This document shows positions 62,450-64,000 of a DNA stretch of 64,000 nt, piece by piece. The notes under the pieces are model-generated. The model made no database searches. It saw only the letters and a program-made list of their open reading frames with translations, and had not been told where the DNA came from. Location of the stretch: assembly GCA_013239625.1 (NCBI GenBank), contig MU053934.1, positions 11,323,003 to 11,387,002 of the forward strand, given 5' to 3'. Every line of letters begins with the position of its first letter. Position 1 is the stretch's first letter. The DNA comes from Lama guanicoe. Lineage: Eukaryota. Both the position numbers and the translations under genes were made by a program.

Positions 62450-64000
62450 GACGCGCTCCTGCTCTGAAACCCCGCGACCCGCTCGTCGATCCCACACTCC
62501 CACCCCGGTCCCCATGGCAACCACACTCTTGAATCACGTTTTGCACTGGAGTCACTTATCCCCGAAACGCCACCCCTGCTCGTCGGCACACAGGGGCCTC
62601 GGTGGCGCAGCGCGCGCTGTACCGTGCCGAGATTCTTTCTTCAGAATTCCGTCTGTGAGCCCCTCCGGCGCGGCTGACACCCCCGCGTCCGGGTCCCTTT
62701 GCCTCTGACGCCTGTGGGTCCTGCACTTGCGTCCGAGAACCCCTTCTCCGCCCCGAATCGTGAGGCTGATCTTCCCTCCTGTTTTCTAGGCGGTTGATTC
62801 TTTGTTTGTCAGCCCACCTGGATTCAGTTTTACGTGCGACGTGACCGAGGGTTCACGTTCGATTGATCGTCTTCTACACAAACACTCAGCTGTTCCAGCA
62901 CCGTCTGTTGAAGGCATCCTCTCTCCGCTGCTTCCCGGAGCCGCTCAAGGACCAGCCGCCACGCACGCGAGACCCACTTCCCGGTTCCATCCAGCTCCTC
63001 TCTGACGCTGCTTGCTCCATCGCCCCGCTCTCGGAATGACTGCCTGGCGCTTGTGTTCAGGAATCTGCCTGCAGAGCCAGTGCAGAAGTCTGGCCACCGG
63101 GCTCTTCTTTAGGGTGATGTTGTCTTATTTTTGACTCTGAATTTCCGTAGGCTCCGAGGACGGTTTTTCTGACTCTATAAAACCGCAGCCACCTCTGTTT
63201 GCTGCCTTCGTCCTCTGCTCCTGTTCTGTCTTCCATAGTTTTCCTGCCTTCTGTGGTCTTAACTGAACAGTTTATGTAATGTCTTTTCTTAGCATATCTT
63301 ACTTCCTTTCTACCTTTTTTAACTGATTGCCTAGTCTGCTGTTTACTCACGACGGACCCAAGGGCGTGTTTGATTTGTCCCATACCACTCGAGTATCGTC
63401 GCCAACTCACCTTGCCTGTCTATAAGCATGGATGTGTCTGTAAGGGCTATACGCGAGCATACGCAATCTAACACATCGGCATTATGATTTTTAACAAGTA
63501 ATAGACCCTGTTTGCTATACTCGTGTATTTTTAACCAAGGACTTCAGCAATGACGGTCGTCGGTTAGGTCAATTAAAATAAGAAAATACATTTATTTTAC
63601 TTTCACTTAGCCCTTCTCTAATGGTCTTCCTTTCTTTAAATAGATCACTTTCTAAACTATATCATTTTCTTCCTCTCCAAGAACTTTTAACGTTTCCCTT
63701 TTTTCAAAGGAGGTGCTGGGGACTGAGCCCAGGACCTCGCGCGAGCTGGGCGGGCCCGCTGCCCCTGCGCTGTGCTCACCCTGCCCCTCAGTGTTTCCTG
63801 CAGGGTGTGTCTGCTGGCACAAGCGCCCTCGGACTTGGTTTCTGAGAAGGGCTTTATTCCCTTCACTTCTGGGGCACCAGTGCTCAGCTGTCAGAATGTC
63901 AGGGTGTTACGAGTTTCTTAGTCTCTCGATACTTTGAAACTCCATCCCATTTCCTTCTCGCCTGCATTGTTTCTGAGGGAAAATCAGACGTCATTCTTCT
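62450..64000 (-). mobile_element. L1M remnants (ORF2 3' part and L1MC/MD-like ORF1 region)
   Basis: CAGCTGTTCCAGCACCGTCTGTTGAAG; TTTCCTGCCTTCTGTGGTCTTAACTGAACA; GCCTGCATTGTTTCTGAGGGAAAATCAGACGTCATTCTT. Confidence 0.75.
63697..63787 (-). mobile_element. Second tRNA-derived camelid-type SINE, strongly GC-shifted, inserted in L1
   Basis: The reverse complement aligns without gaps over 69 bp to the SINE at 37714-37782. Flanked by a diverged TSD-like pair (TTAACGTTTCC / TCAGTGTTTCC). Confidence 0.8.

Noticed and set aside
64-63937. Hundreds of 60-280 aa ORFs in the supplied track
   Set aside because: Pro/Gly/Arg/Ala-rich, overlapping in all frames, with no recognisable domains. This is expected from GC-rich non-coding DNA with few stop codons.

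Overview
This is mammalian genomic DNA, very GC-rich and subtelomere-like. It is most likely camelid (alpaca/llama/camel), judged from two copies of a tRNA-derived SINE resembling the camelid Vic-1 type. The only gene I can support is the 3' end of TAFA5 (FAM19A5) on the + strand. Bases 1-17898 are its last intron, the terminal exon starts at 17899 with just Val-Ser-stop, and a ~2 kb 3'UTR ends after AATAAA at 19901. The remaining ~44 kb is intergenic and full of old repeats: L1M, L2, MIR, MLT1/MLT2 LTRs, an ERVL gag relic and hAT-Charlie elements. It also holds a ~0.9 kb G-rich minisatellite at 57.4-58.4 kb. Almost all ORFs in the supplied track are chance products of high GC or decayed transposons. 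I find no convincing new gene system. The most unusual signals are: (i) patchy, extreme A/T->G/C rewriting of old L1, SINE and Charlie sequence into CpG-island-like patches; (ii) a minisatellite with higher-order structure, 9-bp flanking direct repeats and ~18 splice-donor motifs; (iii) a hexamer repeat that forms a tandem array of nuclear-receptor sites; (iv) an inverted pair of homologous L1 segments. Gene and repeat identities come from my recollection of consensus sequences, not database searches, and repeat boundaries are approximate.
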